From assembly GCA_022072405.1 (NCBI GenBank), contig JAJVHX010000017.1, positions 64,141 through 128,140 of the forward strand: a stretch of DNA of 64,000 nt, given 5' to 3'. The notes under the pieces are model-generated. The model made no database searches. It saw only the letters and a list, made by a program, of their open reading frames with translations, and was not told the DNA's origin. Positions 46,836-58,145 of the stretch are shown one piece after another (the stretch's first letter is position 1; each line of letters begins with the position of its first letter). Position numbers and translations under genes: made by a program. This stretch comes from Phycisphaerae bacterium (GTDB taxonomy: Bacteria; Planctomycetota; Phycisphaerae; UBA1845; CAIVHJ01).

Positions 46836-47685
46836 CATTATTGTAACTGGGTGTCAGCCCCCAGCCGAGCTTCGTGACCAGTGTGTGCCAGGGTGGGTAA
46901 AGCGGATTATGTACCAGGCGAAAACAGTGGGGCGATTTGACCAGATGCAGAACATCGCCCTGAGCCAGAGGCGTGTTCAACTGACCGTCAATGACCAGCG
47001 TTGTTCCGCGATTGACCTTCAGCAGCCGGATCGTAATCCGCGCCTCACTATCGATAACGATTGGCCGGAGAGTCAACGAGTGTGGCGCGATGGGTGAAAT
47101 AGCGATACCCTGCACACCGAGAAGCAGAATCGGCCCGCCGACAGACATGTTGTAAGCGGTCGACCCGGTGGGAGTGCTGACAATCACTCCATCACCGTAA
47201 ATCCTCGACAGCCTCCGCTCGTCAATACTGATCTCCAGATCGATCATGCGAAATTCCGGCCCGGCAATGATACTCGCATCATTGATGATCAGATTGGTGA
47301 AGTCCGTGATCCCGGAGGTGCGTTCCACGATGCTGTTAAGCATCATATGAGCGGTAATCAGCCCGGGAGTCTTAACAACCTCGGCGAAGTGATTGATTAT
47401 TTCATCTACGGAAAATTCGGCAAGATATCCGAGCTTGCCGAGATTGATGCCGATCAGGGGGATTTCCCGCTGACCGAGGGTACGAGCTGCAGCCAGCAAT
47501 GTGCCGTCACCGCCCAGAACCAGTGCGTAATCAGCAGCGATATGATCCAGTTCCGCAGCCGACGTCCCCATCACGGTTGCAATCACGTCAGCCTGTTGGC
47601 TGATACTTTGTTGTATTTTGTCTATGGCGGCAGGGGCCTGCTCTTTGGCGGGATTGGCGATGATGATTACCCTGGATCGGGCCAT
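46825..47685 (-). CDS. nadK: NAD(+) kinase
   Basis: YALVLGGDGTLLAAAR, IGINLGKLGYL, DGVIVSTPTGSTAYNMS. Confidence 0.9.
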   Translation of the reverse strand: MARSRVIIIANPAKEQAPAAIDKIQQSISQQADVIATVMGTSAAELDHIAADYALVLGGDGTLLAAARTLGQREIPLIGINLGKLGYLAEFSVDEIINHFAEVVKTPGLITAHMMLNSIVERTSGITDFTNLIINDASIIAGPEFRMIDLEISIDERRLSRIYGDGVIVSTPTGSTAYNMSVGGPILLLGVQGIAISPIAPHSLTLRPIVIDSEARITIRLLKVNRGTTLVIDGQLNTPLAQGDVLHLVKSPHCFRLVHNPLYPPWHTLVTKLGWGLTPSYNNATD

Positions 47686-47694
47686 AACTACAGT

Positions 47695-49638
47695 TTACCT
47701 GATCCGGGGAGCTGTGGCGAATGGCTGCTGGCGTGGCACTGCGGTTGGATTCGACAGCAGATCAAATAATTGCCGGGCAATACCCGCCGCGTCGATACCC
47801 GCCTCCGCCAGTTGGCCGCTGCGTGATCCCTGAGCAATGAAGTAGTCGGCGGGCAATCCCAGACGATGCAGATCGTTGGTGGGCAATTGGGCGTCCTGGG
47901 CGGCTTCGAGTACCGCGCTTCCGAAGCCGCCATCACGGCTGTGATCTTCGACGGTCAGAGTGACATGGCCGGGCACCAGTATTTCGCGCAACATGTCGAG
48001 ATCGACCGGCCGGGCAAAGCGGCCATTGATCACTCGAATCGAGAGCTGCTGCGTTTGCAGTAAATCGGCAGCATCCAGAACGGCTGCTACGGCGGAACCA
48101 TAGGCGATAATGGTGGCATCATGGCCCTCCCGCATCAAGCGGGAAACCCCGGTCACAAACGGCGGGGAGACGCCATAACCCGGATCGGGAACATTGTCGC
48201 GGGGATAACGAATCGCACAGGGTTGTTCAAGATGTAAAGCCAGTTCCATGGCGGCGCTGAGTTCCGCTTCATCCGCAGGAGACATCAGCACCATGCCGGG
48301 CAAACTGCGCAGATACGCCAAATCCATAAACCCATGATGCACCGCACCATCGCCGCCCACCAGTCCGGCACGATCAATGCAGAACATCACCGGCAGTTTC
48401 TGTAGTACCACTTCCTGAAAGACCTGGTCCAGCGCCCGCTGCAGAAAAGTGGAATAAATGGCGCAGACCGGTCGTAAGCCATTCTTGGCCATTCCGGCGG
48501 CGATATCCACCGTGCAACTTTCGGCAATACCCACATCCAGAAAACGGTCGGGGTATTCTTTCTGGTAGCGGCTCAGTCCCGTACCGTCAGCCATTCCGGC
48601 GGTCAGCGCAAAAATGCGACGATCCGTGGCTGCTTTGGCACAGAGTGTATCCGCGAAGGCGCTGGTCCAGCTTTTGCCCTGTCCTTTGATGATCTCGGCC
48701 TTACCATCGCGAAGCGTAAATGGTTTGGGGCTGTGAAATTTGCCGGGTTCAGCACAGGCCCAGCTGGCCCCTTTGCCTTTTTCGGTGTGCACGTGCAACA
48801 GTACCGGATGGTCTACATCACGCAGCGCGGTCAGCAGTTCAATCAGGTGGGCAATATCGTGGCCATCGGTCGGCCCCACATAAATATAACCCATCTGTTC
48901 AAAAATCTGATGCGGTGAGACCGTCGCCTTGATCCCTTCTTTGACATGATTCAGAACGTTGAACATGGACTTGCCGACGACCGGCAATTTGGGTAGCAGT
49001 TGCTTGGCACGTTGTTTCACATCCTCATAAATATTGCTGACCCGGAACTTGGCCAGGTATTCAGCCATGCCGCCCTGGGTTGGTGAAATGCCCCATTGAT
49101 TATCATTCAGTATCACCAGCATCTGGCGCTTGAGAAGCCCTGCCTGATTCAAGCCCTCGAAAGCCAGTCCGTTGACGATACTGGCATCACCGACCAGTGC
49201 AACCACGCGACGAAGTGTGTTTGTGAGCAGATCAGCGCGGGCCAATCCTACGGCGGTGGAAATGGCTGTCCCCGCGTGGCCGGTGGCAAACAGGTCATAT
49301 TCGCTTTCCGAGGGGGCTGGGAATCCGCTGACGCCGCCCGCTTTGCGCAATTGATCAAAACGCGCATGTCGACCGGTAAGCAGTTTGTGGGGATAGCACT
49401 GATGACCGACATCCCATAGCAGGCGATCCTGACGAAAATCGAAGACATAGTGCAGGGCGATCGTCAGCTCGGCGACGCCCAGGTTACTGGCCAGATGGCC
49501 GCCGTTTCGCGACACCACCTCGATGATCCGCTGGCGAATTTCCAGGGCCAGTTTAGGCAATTCGGCCACGGGCAACTCGCGTAGATCGATCGGGCTGCGA
49601 ATGGTATCCAACAGGGGATAATGTGTTGTTCCACTCAT
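47695..49638 (-). CDS. dxs: 1-deoxy-D-xylulose-5-phosphate synthase
   Basis: GGHLASNLGVAELTIALHYVFD, ATGHAGTAISTAVGLA, VGDASIVNGLAFEGLN, FLDVGIAESC. Confidence 0.96.
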   Translation of the reverse strand: MSGTTHYPLLDTIRSPIDLRELPVAELPKLALEIRQRIIEVVSRNGGHLASNLGVAELTIALHYVFDFRQDRLLWDVGHQCYPHKLLTGRHARFDQLRKAGGVSGFPAPSESEYDLFATGHAGTAISTAVGLARADLLTNTLRRVVALVGDASIVNGLAFEGLNQAGLLKRQMLVILNDNQWGISPTQGGMAEYLAKFRVSNIYEDVKQRAKQLLPKLPVVGKSMFNVLNHVKEGIKATVSPHQIFEQMGYIYVGPTDGHDIAHLIELLTALRDVDHPVLLHVHTEKGKGASWACAEPGKFHSPKPFTLRDGKAEIIKGQGKSWTSAFADTLCAKAATDRRIFALTAGMADGTGLSRYQKEYPDRFLDVGIAESCTVDIAAGMAKNGLRPVCAIYSTFLQRALDQVFQEVVLQKLPVMFCIDRAGLVGGDGAVHHGFMDLAYLRSLPGMVLMSPADEAELSAAMELALHLEQPCAIRYPRDNVPDPGYGVSPPFVTGVSRLMREGHDATIIAYGSAVAAVLDAADLLQTQQLSIRVINGRFARPVDLDMLREILVPGHVTLTVEDHSRDGGFGSAVLEAAQDAQLPTNDLHRLGLPADYFIAQGSRSGQLAEAGIDAAGIARQLFDLLSNPTAVPRQQPFATAPRIR

Positions 49639-49664
49639 ATCCTGCTGTTCACCTCTACGAAAAT

Positions 49665-50555
49665 TCAGTTCGTGCGGTTCATTATATACTGGGCCAGGCT
49701 TCGCAAATCCTCAGCCTCCGGACCAAAATCAGCCAGCGCCAGCGTCGCCTGCTGAATCAATTCCTGACCCTGGTGAATGCTGGCTTCACGACCCATGACG
49801 GCCGGGTAAGTCTGTTTGGCTCTGGCTGCATCCCGACGGGTATCCTTGCCCAACGCGCCGGGGGCACCGGTTTCATCCAGTAAATCATCGGTAATCTGAA
49901 ATGCCATGCCAAGTGCCCAGCCATATTCTTCAAGCTTATTGAAAACTTGAACCGGGGCATCAGCCGCCAAGGCTCCCAGTCGCAGGGCACAGACAATCAG
50001 ACGGGCGGTTTTCTGTTGATGTATATAGTTAACCAGATCAAGTGCAGGCGCTTGTCGTTCGCCCTGTAGATCCGCTACCTGTCCGCCAATTACTCCCGAC
50101 CAACCAATCGCTCCGGCCAATTCAGCGGTCATCTCTCGATTTCGACTCCATTCCTGCCGAGCAAGAAGTTCAAACGCCAATGCCAGCAGGGCATCACCCG
50201 CCAGCACCGCCATGGCCTCACCGAATACTCGATGATTCGCAGGTTGGCCGCGGCGTAATTGCGCATCATCCATGCAGGGCAGATCATCGTGGATCAGAGT
50301 AAAAACATGAGCACATTCAACGGCCCAAGCAATCGAATGAGGTGAATAGTGACGACCACCGGCGAGCGCATAGGACCGTTCGACCAGATATGGCCTGAGC
50401 CGCTTGCCTGGTGCCTGCAGTGAATAGAGAACCGCAGTATGCAGTGGCTCCGGAACATTGATCTTCGACGCGCTAAGAAGGGGTGCCAATTGGTTATTCA
50501 GCGTCGCCGAATAATCAGCCAATTGTTGTTGAATGTCAGGCACCATAACCGGCAT
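49665..50555 (-). CDS. ispA: polyprenyl (farnesyl/geranylgeranyl) diphosphate synthase
   Basis: First Asp-rich motif LIHDDLPCMDDAQLRRG and second motif FQITDDLLD. Confidence 0.9.
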   Translation of the reverse strand: MPVMVPDIQQQLADYSATLNNQLAPLLSASKINVPEPLHTAVLYSLQAPGKRLRPYLVERSYALAGGRHYSPHSIAWAVECAHVFTLIHDDLPCMDDAQLRRGQPANHRVFGEAMAVLAGDALLALAFELLARQEWSRNREMTAELAGAIGWSGVIGGQVADLQGERQAPALDLVNYIHQQKTARLIVCALRLGALAADAPVQVFNKLEEYGWALGMAFQITDDLLDETGAPGALGKDTRRDAARAKQTYPAVMGREASIHQGQELIQQATLALADFGPEAEDLRSLAQYIMNRTN

Positions 50556-50687
50556 CTTGATCTAACTACCAATAAACATTACGGTTATACGGATAGCAAT
50601 TCCGCTAACGAAGTGTTAATAATAATCCAGCAATCGGATCAGAACAATGAAAATCTACCCACCCATTTTATCATGCTGTGCAGATGA

Positions 50688-50951
50688 TTACTCCGACGGG
50701 CTGGCTTTTCCAGTGGGTGAGGAATCGTCGGGATAGGGTTGAGACCGAAATTGGGTTTCGTCGGCCTGTTGTAACTGCTGTACGCGCAATTCCGCTTTTT
50801 GGAGTATCTGCCGGCAGTGGTTTAACAGACGCATGCCCTCTTCATAACTTTGAATCGATTCCTCCAGCCCGATTTTGCCCTGTTCGACCTTTCGCACCAG
50901 TTCTTCCAGACGGGCAATAGACTGTTCGAAATTCATTTCCTGACTAGTCAT
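50688..50951 (-). CDS. xseB: exodeoxyribonuclease VII small subunit
   Basis: 87 aa. FEQSIARLEELVRKVEQGKIGLEESIQSYEEGMRLLNHCRQIL. Overlaps the xseA stop by 8 nt. Confidence 0.85.
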   Translation of the reverse strand: MTSQEMNFEQSIARLEELVRKVEQGKIGLEESIQSYEEGMRLLNHCRQILQKAELRVQQLQQADETQFRSQPYPDDSSPTGKASPSE

Positions 50952-52506
50952 TTTCCCCCTCGCTGATTCCTGGAATGATCTCTTTTACGATACTGTCTAA
51001 ACGTCCGTCAACCAACTCTGTTCGGATCAGTTCACCCTCCGCCAGATCATCAAGTTTCCGTATTAATTTTTCATCGCTTGCGCGGCGAGTGACGGAATAA
51101 CCGCGCTGCAGCGTACGTTTATAGCTGGTGGCTTGTAGTTTATCATGCAGATGATCCAGGCGCAATCTCTGTTTTTCACCCAGTTGCAGAATCGCCCGAG
51201 ATATATCCTGTGATGTCGTTCTCCACTGCCATTGGTGATGCTGCAGTAATTGCCGGGGATGGTGGGTATCGAAGCGGTGCTGCAACGTCATTATTATTTT
51301 GTGCCGCTTTTGGCTGTTCTGCCGCACGGACGTGGTAAGTCGCTGTTCCAATTGATACAAGCGCTCCCGGCGCGTGGTCAGATAACGATGCGGCTCCAGG
51401 GCTTGTAAAGCACGATGGAAATTTTCCAGTCGTATGCGCCCGCGATGTAATTGTATCATCAGACTTTGCCGCTCGCGGCTGGCAAGTTGTTGCACCTGAT
51501 GATAGCGGCGCTGTTGAGTGTTCCACCATTGCCGCGTCAGATCACGTTCAGCCAGATGATCCAATCGCTGACGAGACTGGTTCAATTTATGTTGCAGTAG
51601 TTGATGCAGATGATGTTGGCGCTGGTTAAGCCGATGGGCGATTTCATCGCGATGCGGAGCGATCATTTCAGCAGCGGCAGTTGGTGTAGCCGCCCGAAGA
51701 TCGGCCACCAGGTCGCTCAGGGTTATATCCACTTCATGGCCAATCGCACTGACTACCGGCAGGCGACTCTGATGAATCGCCCGCACGACAGGTTCTTCAT
51801 TGAATGCCCACAAATCCTCCAGCGACCCACCACCGCGGGCCAGGATAATCAGTTCGACGGGATCGCCCGGAACTATTAACGTGTTGATTTTTTTCAAGGC
51901 TTCCACGATCTGGGCTACAGCCTGCGGACCCTGCACCATGATGGGTAAAATGCTGACCAGCGCCGGCGGGTAACGTCGACGAAGCGTCTGAATGATATCC
52001 TGTATTACTGCACCGGTTGGGCTGGTTAATACCGCGATATGTTGCGGGTAAGGGGGCAATGGCCGTTTTCTACCGGGATCAAACAAACCCTCCTGCCTGA
52101 GCTTTTCATAAAGCTGACGAAAAGCCAATTCCAGTGCACCGGTTCCGGATGGCTGCAAACGCTGTACGTAAAGCTGATATTTTCCCTGCCGTTCATAAAG
52201 ATCAATTTCGCCCCAGGCTGTTACCGCCAGACCATCCTGGGGCTGAAACTTGAGATGAGTCGCCGCAGATCGCCACATGACGCAGGGCAATTCGGAACGA
52301 TCATCCTTCAGCGTAAAGTAGCAATGGCCGTTGGTGTGCTTTTTGAAATTACTGATCTCGCCGCTCACGCCGATGCGTTGAGGAAATTGTCGGCGTAACG
52401 CATCACGCATTTCCAGGGTAAACTGGGTGACGGTGTAGATCGTCGCCACCGGAGCCGGTTGAGCGAATAATTCGTTCTGGTGTTCTGATCGACGAGGGGC
52501 AGCCAT
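50944..52506 (-). CDS. xseA: exodeoxyribonuclease VII large subunit
   Basis: N-terminal OB fold (IGVSGEISNFKKHTNGHCYFTLKD), catalytic core (LILARGGGSLEDLWAFNEE, VSAIGHEVDITLSDLVAD), long helical C-terminus. Confidence 0.9.
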   Translation of the reverse strand: MAAPRRSEHQNELFAQPAPVATIYTVTQFTLEMRDALRRQFPQRIGVSGEISNFKKHTNGHCYFTLKDDRSELPCVMWRSAATHLKFQPQDGLAVTAWGEIDLYERQGKYQLYVQRLQPSGTGALELAFRQLYEKLRQEGLFDPGRKRPLPPYPQHIAVLTSPTGAVIQDIIQTLRRRYPPALVSILPIMVQGPQAVAQIVEALKKINTLIVPGDPVELIILARGGGSLEDLWAFNEEPVVRAIHQSRLPVVSAIGHEVDITLSDLVADLRAATPTAAAEMIAPHRDEIAHRLNQRQHHLHQLLQHKLNQSRQRLDHLAERDLTRQWWNTQQRRYHQVQQLASRERQSLMIQLHRGRIRLENFHRALQALEPHRYLTTRRERLYQLEQRLTTSVRQNSQKRHKIIMTLQHRFDTHHPRQLLQHHQWQWRTTSQDISRAILQLGEKQRLRLDHLHDKLQATSYKRTLQRGYSVTRRASDEKLIRKLDDLAEGELIRTELVDGRLDSIVKEIIPGISEGEND

Positions 52507-52511
52507 AGAAG

Positions 52512-53333
52512 CTAATCCATATCGGCACTGTCAGGAGGCAGTTCATCCGCCGCCAGTGACAGTCGCGTGATCTTTCGAGCCAGATGAGTCTCCGGATCGA
52601 TTTCAACCAGCACGCCGCATAATCGCGGCCAGCCGGTCGCCACATCGAAATGGCTGGGTATGCCGGTACGCATCGTTTCCACCACCCGGTCGCGACGCCG
52701 CCCCAGTACTGAATCATAGGGACCGGTCATGCCCAGGTCCGTGATATAAGCGGTCCCTTGCGGCAAGATCTGCTCATCAGCGGTCTGAATATGTGTGTGG
52801 GTACCGAAGACGCAACTCACTCTGCCATCCAGATGCCAACCCAACGCCACCTTTTCGCTCGTCGCTTCCGCATGAACATCGACCACGATGGCGTGCAGAT
52901 CGCGCGGCAATCCTCCCAGCACCTGATCCAAAGTATTAAACGGCGAGTCCGGCCGGACGTTCATGAACAACTGGCCCAGCACACTCGCCAGAGCCACCCG
53001 ATGGCCTTGGGCGGTCTGATAGATCGCGTAGTTCCGGCCCGGACCGGCTGGCGGCAGATTTACCGGTTTAACGATATTGTGATTCTTCTCCAGCGTGGGA
53101 TAAATCTCCCGCCGCTTGTAGATGTGATCACCCAGCGACATCAGATGAACGCCGTAACGAACGAATTTTTCATAGAGTGGGGGAGTAAGCCCGGACCCCG
53201 CTGCAGCGTTCTCGACATTGGCGATAACGCACTGAATACCATACTGGTCAACCAGTCGGGGCAACAACTGGCTGATCGCGTGGCGGCCGGGGCGCCCCAC
53301 CACATCACCGATACATAAAATATTCAGCGCCAC
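52512..53333 (-). CDS. YmdB-family metallophosphoesterase (TIGR00282-like)
   Basis: GTG start. LNILCIGDVVGRPGR, ANVENAAAGSGLT, VDVHAEATSEK, GTHTHIQTADE. Located directly downstream of rny, as in Bacillus. Confidence 0.85.
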   Translation of the reverse strand: MALNILCIGDVVGRPGRHAISQLLPRLVDQYGIQCVIANVENAAAGSGLTPPLYEKFVRYGVHLMSLGDHIYKRREIYPTLEKNHNIVKPVNLPPAGPGRNYAIYQTAQGHRVALASVLGQLFMNVRPDSPFNTLDQVLGGLPRDLHAIVVDVHAEATSEKVALGWHLDGRVSCVFGTHTHIQTADEQILPQGTAYITDLGMTGPYDSVLGRRRDRVVETMRTGIPSHFDVATGWPRLCGVLVEIDPETHLARKITRLSLAADELPPDSADMD

Positions 53334-53342
53334 AAATGCTTT

Positions 53343-54929
53343 CTAGCGGGCGTATTCCACTGCCCGAATTTCGCGGAGCACCGTTACGCGAATTTCACCG
53401 GGATAAGTCATTTCCTCTTCGATCCGCTTGGCGATATCGCGGGCAAATTTCATTGCGGTGCCGTCATCCACGCGGTTGGCATCGACAATCACGCGCACCT
53501 CACGTCCGGCTTGAATGGCATAAGCCTGCCGCACGCCCTGAAAACTACTGGCCAAGGATTCGAGCTGTTCCAGCCGCTTGATGTAATGTTCCAGCGATTC
53601 CCGCCGACTGCCGGGACGTGACGCACTGATCGCATCCGCTGCGGTAACAATCGGGGTGTAGGGACTGATCGAAGGAATATCGCCATGATGACCGGCGATA
53701 GCGTTGAGTACTTCGGGACGTTCGTTGAAGCGCTTGCAGATATCCGCACCGATCTGGGGATGTCCGCCCTCCACCTCGTGATCGACCGCTTTGCCTATAT
53801 CATGGAGCAATCCGCAGCGCCGCGCTAACGCACCATCCAGTCCCAGTTCATCGGCGATGACCTGGCACAGGTAGGCTACTTCGACGCTATGATCGAGCAC
53901 ATTCTGCCCATAACTGGTGCGATAATGCAGGCGACCCAGCAGATCAATCTGCTTCTTGTGCAGTTTGCCGACGTTGGCTTCCATGGAGGCTTTATTGCCC
54001 CAGTCGAGGATTTGCTTTTCAACCTGCTGGCGGGTTTCTTCAACCACTTCCTCAATCCGGGCGGGGTGTATCCGACCATCCTGTATCAACTTTTCGAGTG
54101 ACAGGCGGGCCACTTCGCTGCGCACCGGGTCAAACGACGAAACGACCACTACGCCGGGAGTATCGTCGACAATGACATCAACACCGGTGGCTTTTTCAAA
54201 GGCCCGTATGTTGCGGCCTTCGCGACCGATGACCCGGCCTTTCATTTCATCAGACGGAATATCAACCGTGCGCACCGTGCTGCTGGAAGTATGTGCAGCC
54301 GCGTAGCGCTGGATGGCGGTGATGAGAATTTCCCGCGACTTTTCCTCAGCGTGTTCACGAGCATCGTTGATCATCTTGTCAATCAGCTGGCCGCATTCCT
54401 GGCTCATTTCCTGTTCAAGATTGCTCAGCAGAGTCTGCTGGGCAATTTCCATACTCATGCCGCTGATTTGTGTCAGTTTTTCGCGCTGGGCATCAACCAG
54501 CTGCTGGGCCTGCTCTTCCTTCTGTTCAACCTGCCTGGCCCGTTCGATCATTTGCTTTTCCTGCTGATCGATTTTACGCTCTTTGGTATTGAGCGTATCG
54601 AGCTTGGCTTCGAGACTGTCTTCGCGTTTGGTCAGTCGTTTTTCAATTTCACGTAATTCGGTACGGGTTTCGGCAGACTCGGCCTTGAACTGCTCCTGCA
54701 TCTTGAGAAGTTCTTCCTTGGCTTGCACCCGAGCATCATGAATCAACTGCTCGCTGGTCCGCTGAGCATCGGCGGTAATCGATTCCGCTTCCCGACGCCG
54801 GGCTTCCAGCCGAGATCGTCCAAGCCAAAAAATGACACCGCAAGTTGCTGCGGTTCCCACCACCAGACCGAGGATAAGCCAGACAATTTCCGAACCCGTT
54901 ACAGCTAGCATGGGTTCCACTGTGGTCAT
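53343..54929 (-). CDS. rny: ribonuclease Y
   Basis: N-terminal TM, coiled coil, KH domain ([26 protein letters not shown]), HD domain (HSVEVAYLC..., [12 protein letters not shown]). Confidence 0.93.
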   Translation of the reverse strand: MTTVEPMLAVTGSEIVWLILGLVVGTAATCGVIFWLGRSRLEARRREAESITADAQRTSEQLIHDARVQAKEELLKMQEQFKAESAETRTELREIEKRLTKREDSLEAKLDTLNTKERKIDQQEKQMIERARQVEQKEEQAQQLVDAQREKLTQISGMSMEIAQQTLLSNLEQEMSQECGQLIDKMINDAREHAEEKSREILITAIQRYAAAHTSSSTVRTVDIPSDEMKGRVIGREGRNIRAFEKATGVDVIVDDTPGVVVVSSFDPVRSEVARLSLEKLIQDGRIHPARIEEVVEETRQQVEKQILDWGNKASMEANVGKLHKKQIDLLGRLHYRTSYGQNVLDHSVEVAYLCQVIADELGLDGALARRCGLLHDIGKAVDHEVEGGHPQIGADICKRFNERPEVLNAIAGHHGDIPSISPYTPIVTAADAISASRPGSRRESLEHYIKRLEQLESLASSFQGVRQAYAIQAGREVRVIVDANRVDDGTAMKFARDIAKRIEEEMTYPGEIRVTVLREIRAVEYAR

Positions 54930-55591
54930 CCTCCGAGGGTTACCGATCTATTGCGCTGCCAGCATTGCATCCATCTAACTCTGAAGGATGCGTGATTGGC
55001 CAACAGCCATTCGATCGAATAAAATATTAAATTGGGCGATAGGGGTCGGAGACCAGAGTGCATACTCAGGCAGGTAAAACGATAACTATCTGGCGTATAA
55101 ATAGATAAATAATCTACACGATTAAAACCGAGTCTTCTCGGTCCAGCCTGATAAGCAGCCGAATGACCGGTTTCAATCGCCAATCAATTGTATCGTACGC
55201 CAAAATCATACGTTTACAGTCAGCGCTACTGATAGAACAACTCAGCAAGCGGAGATGTACCCAAAATACCTGAGTCAATCTGGTGTTGTCCTGAACACCC
55301 ATACTCGTCAAACAAAGACAATCCACCCAACTATTGCTGAAATAGAATGTCCTTAATCTGACATTTATATATAAACCGTTCAAAAGAACGGAATAAGTAC
55401 CATATTAGGAAAATATAACAATGTGTCAATAGTATAAACGAGGCGGAATATATCAAAATCATGTTCAGCAAATAAGTTATGAATGTTACCCTCCTGAATG
55501 GTGTGTATCAGAATATGATGTAACCTTTTTATTGACTTTGAGATACAATAAGCTTTAATCCCGAGATGACCTTGAAGTTGCTGGAGTCTAT

Positions 55592-58087
55592 ATGTCCACT
55601 ATTAGATTATCTCAGTCCTGCCTCATTTTGACGACGTTTGCGATAGCTTCTGCAAATGCACAGTCAGTAGCTCCTCAGGTAGATGTGCAGTTAATCCCAG
55701 CGGTCAGTGGCGTATCACCTGGCCAACCATTTGAAGTTGCACTTCAATTCGTTATCCAAAAAAATTGGCACATATATTGGCAGAATAGCGGCGATTCTGG
55801 ATTTTCACCTGGCGTGAAGTGGGAGTTGCCGGAGGGTTGGCATGTTTCTAATTTATCCTACCCGGTACCTATCCGTCATGTGGACAGTATTGGCTTGACG
55901 ACTTTCATTCACGAAGGCGATCCGATACTGACTGCTACGATTACACCCGGAACGATAGCGGCTGATGTTCAAGAAGTGGAGATCAAGGGTGATTTGCGTT
56001 ACCTGGTTTGCCAAGAATCCTGTGTTATTCAGGAAAAAAACCTGTCGCTCAAATTGCCGGTAATTCACAACGTCAAAGAAATTCAACCCGCTAACATAGA
56101 CACCTTTACGAAAGTCAAAAAGACTCATCCGTTGCGGCCTGCTGATGCGCAATATACGACCATCCAACCGTTGCTGAATGTGGACCGCATTCGACCTGGC
56201 GATACATTCCAATTGGCCCTGGTGGTCGATATAAAAAACGGTTTTCATATTCAATCTAACGCTCCTCTCGAAAAATATCTGATCGCCACCGAGTTGTTTC
56301 TAGAACATGTGGATGATTTGAAGACCGGCGAGCCGCAATACCCCGCAGCGGAGGTCCGCCAGCAAGCCGATTTGAAGCTGGCTGAATTTAAGGGTGAGCT
56401 GGTTATTAATGTGCCGGTGGAAACACAGAAAGCCCTGCCAATCGGTCAGACCCGACTGGCAGGTGTGCTGCGTTATCAAGCCTGTAACGAAAAGGGGCAG
56501 TGCTTTGCCCCAGAGAATGTGGCCTGGGAAATCTTGGTACCGGTAGTTGCGGAAGGGGAGGAAATCCATCCGCAGAACCAGAAATATTTTTCCGGCGTAT
56601 CGATGAATGATCCTGACCAGCCAGCAGATACAACAGCACCTGATCAACCGGTTGAAGCTGCCGCTGAATCGAAGCAGCAGCCAACATCCCCGATTGAATC
56701 GGCGATGACCACAAGTAATGGCCCCTCCATGTCTCTGCTGACGGCTCTTGGTTTGGCATTCATGGGGGGATTAATCCTCAACATTATGCCCTGCGTCTTG
56801 CCAGTCATATCGATCAAAATATTGAGTTTTGTGCAACAGGCAGGGGAAGATCGACGTCGCGTGCTGGTACTGGGGCTGGCTTTTGCGGCGGGCATTATCA
56901 GTTCGTTTATCATGCTGGGAGCTGCTTTTGCATTATTAAAGAGTGGGGGAGTGGCGGTAACGTGGGGTGAAATGTTTTCACGCCCACCACTGGTGGTGAC
57001 GATGGCCAGTCTGATTTTTATTTTCGCACTGAGTCTGTTCGGCGTGTTTGAATTCAACATTCCCGGCACGGCGGTAGCTCAGTTATCCGGCATGGAATCG
57101 CGCGAAGGCGTCGTCGGATCATTTGGTAAAGGTGTCCTGGCGACGATACTGGGCACCCCCTGCCTGGCGCCTTTCATGGGAGTAGCCATCACCTGGGCCT
57201 TTACGCAGCCTGGTTCTATCCTGATACTGGTTCTCGGGGTGATGGGGGTGGGAATGGCGCTGCCCTACTTGATGTTGGCTGCTCAGCCCATCTGGCTGAA
57301 GTTTTTGCCGAAGCCCGGTAACTGGATGGTGCAGTTCAAGCAATTGATGGGCTTTGTACTGATGGGCACCGTGGTTTGGTTTCTGAGCATTCTTGCCCAC
57401 CTGGTTTCCGACGCTGATCTGACCTGGACACTAATATTCCTGTGCGTGCTGGGGCTGGGACTTTGGATCATCGGCCAGATTAAACTCACCATGTCGATGG
57501 CGCGACAGTTAAGCATCTGGGCCATCGCCGTCTTTGTTGTCCTGGCGGGTGGGTGGCAATCGTTCGTGCATCGAGAAAACGCACTGGCTATTAGCACGGA
57601 CGAAACAGTCCTGGCTGGTTCAGCAACTTCCCAAAGCCTGGATGATGTGCTCAACAGAAAAAGTGACTCTGCTGTTCAATCGGACCTGCTCGCCAGCCTG
57701 GATTTTTCCCGAAAAATGCCCTGGATACCCTGGCAGCCCGACATTGCCCGACGACTGGCGGAACAAGGGTACACTGTCTATGTCGATTACACGGCGGTGT
57801 GGTGCCCGAATTGCATCGCCAACAAGGAAGCGGTGCTGGAATCGCAGACGGTACGCGATAAGTTCGCGGCGTTGGGAATTGTTCCCGTCCACGCTGACTT
57901 CACTGCCACACCTGATGATATGCAGGCGGAAATCATCGCGTGTGGCGGCATCAGCGTGCCGTTGAATATCATTGTGCCTGCTAACCAACCCAGCCAGTTC
58001 ATTAAGTTACCGGAGAATCTGATCGGCCAGACCCAACTGGTTCTGGATTTACTGGATCAGGCGGGACCCTCACGCGGCCGGCAGTAG
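55592..58087 (+). CDS. DsbD-like thiol:disulfide interchange protein (two N-terminal DsbD-N-like domains, CcdA-type TM core, C-terminal thioredoxin)
   Basis: GGAG lies 5 nt upstream of the ATG. Signal peptide. Two WHIYWQNSGD / GFHIQSN-type periplasmic domains. TM core with LNIMPCVLPV and GTPCLAPF. C-terminal VDYTAVWCPNC. Confidence 0.85.
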   Translation: MSTIRLSQSCLILTTFAIASANAQSVAPQVDVQLIPAVSGVSPGQPFEVALQFVIQKNWHIYWQNSGDSGFSPGVKWELPEGWHVSNLSYPVPIRHVDSIGLTTFIHEGDPILTATITPGTIAADVQEVEIKGDLRYLVCQESCVIQEKNLSLKLPVIHNVKEIQPANIDTFTKVKKTHPLRPADAQYTTIQPLLNVDRIRPGDTFQLALVVDIKNGFHIQSNAPLEKYLIATELFLEHVDDLKTGEPQYPAAEVRQQADLKLAEFKGELVINVPVETQKALPIGQTRLAGVLRYQACNEKGQCFAPENVAWEILVPVVAEGEEIHPQNQKYFSGVSMNDPDQPADTTAPDQPVEAAAESKQQPTSPIESAMTTSNGPSMSLLTALGLAFMGGLILNIMPCVLPVISIKILSFVQQAGEDRRRVLVLGLAFAAGIISSFIMLGAAFALLKSGGVAVTWGEMFSRPPLVVTMASLIFIFALSLFGVFEFNIPGTAVAQLSGMESREGVVGSFGKGVLATILGTPCLAPFMGVAITWAFTQPGSILILVLGVMGVGMALPYLMLAAQPIWLKFLPKPGNWMVQFKQLMGFVLMGTVVWFLSILAHLVSDADLTWTLIFLCVLGLGLWIIGQIKLTMSMARQLSIWAIAVFVVLAGGWQSFVHRENALAISTDETVLAGSATSQSLDDVLNRKSDSAVQSDLLASLDFSRKMPWIPWQPDIARRLAEQGYTVYVDYTAVWCPNCIANKEAVLESQTVRDKFAALGIVPVHADFTATPDDMQAEIIACGGISVPLNIIVPANQPSQFIKLPENLIGQTQLVLDLLDQAGPSRGRQ

Positions 58088-58145
58088 AGCCAGCGAAATC
58101 CCTGATGGACTTGGCGAAACGATAGATATCTGGATAATAGATGGC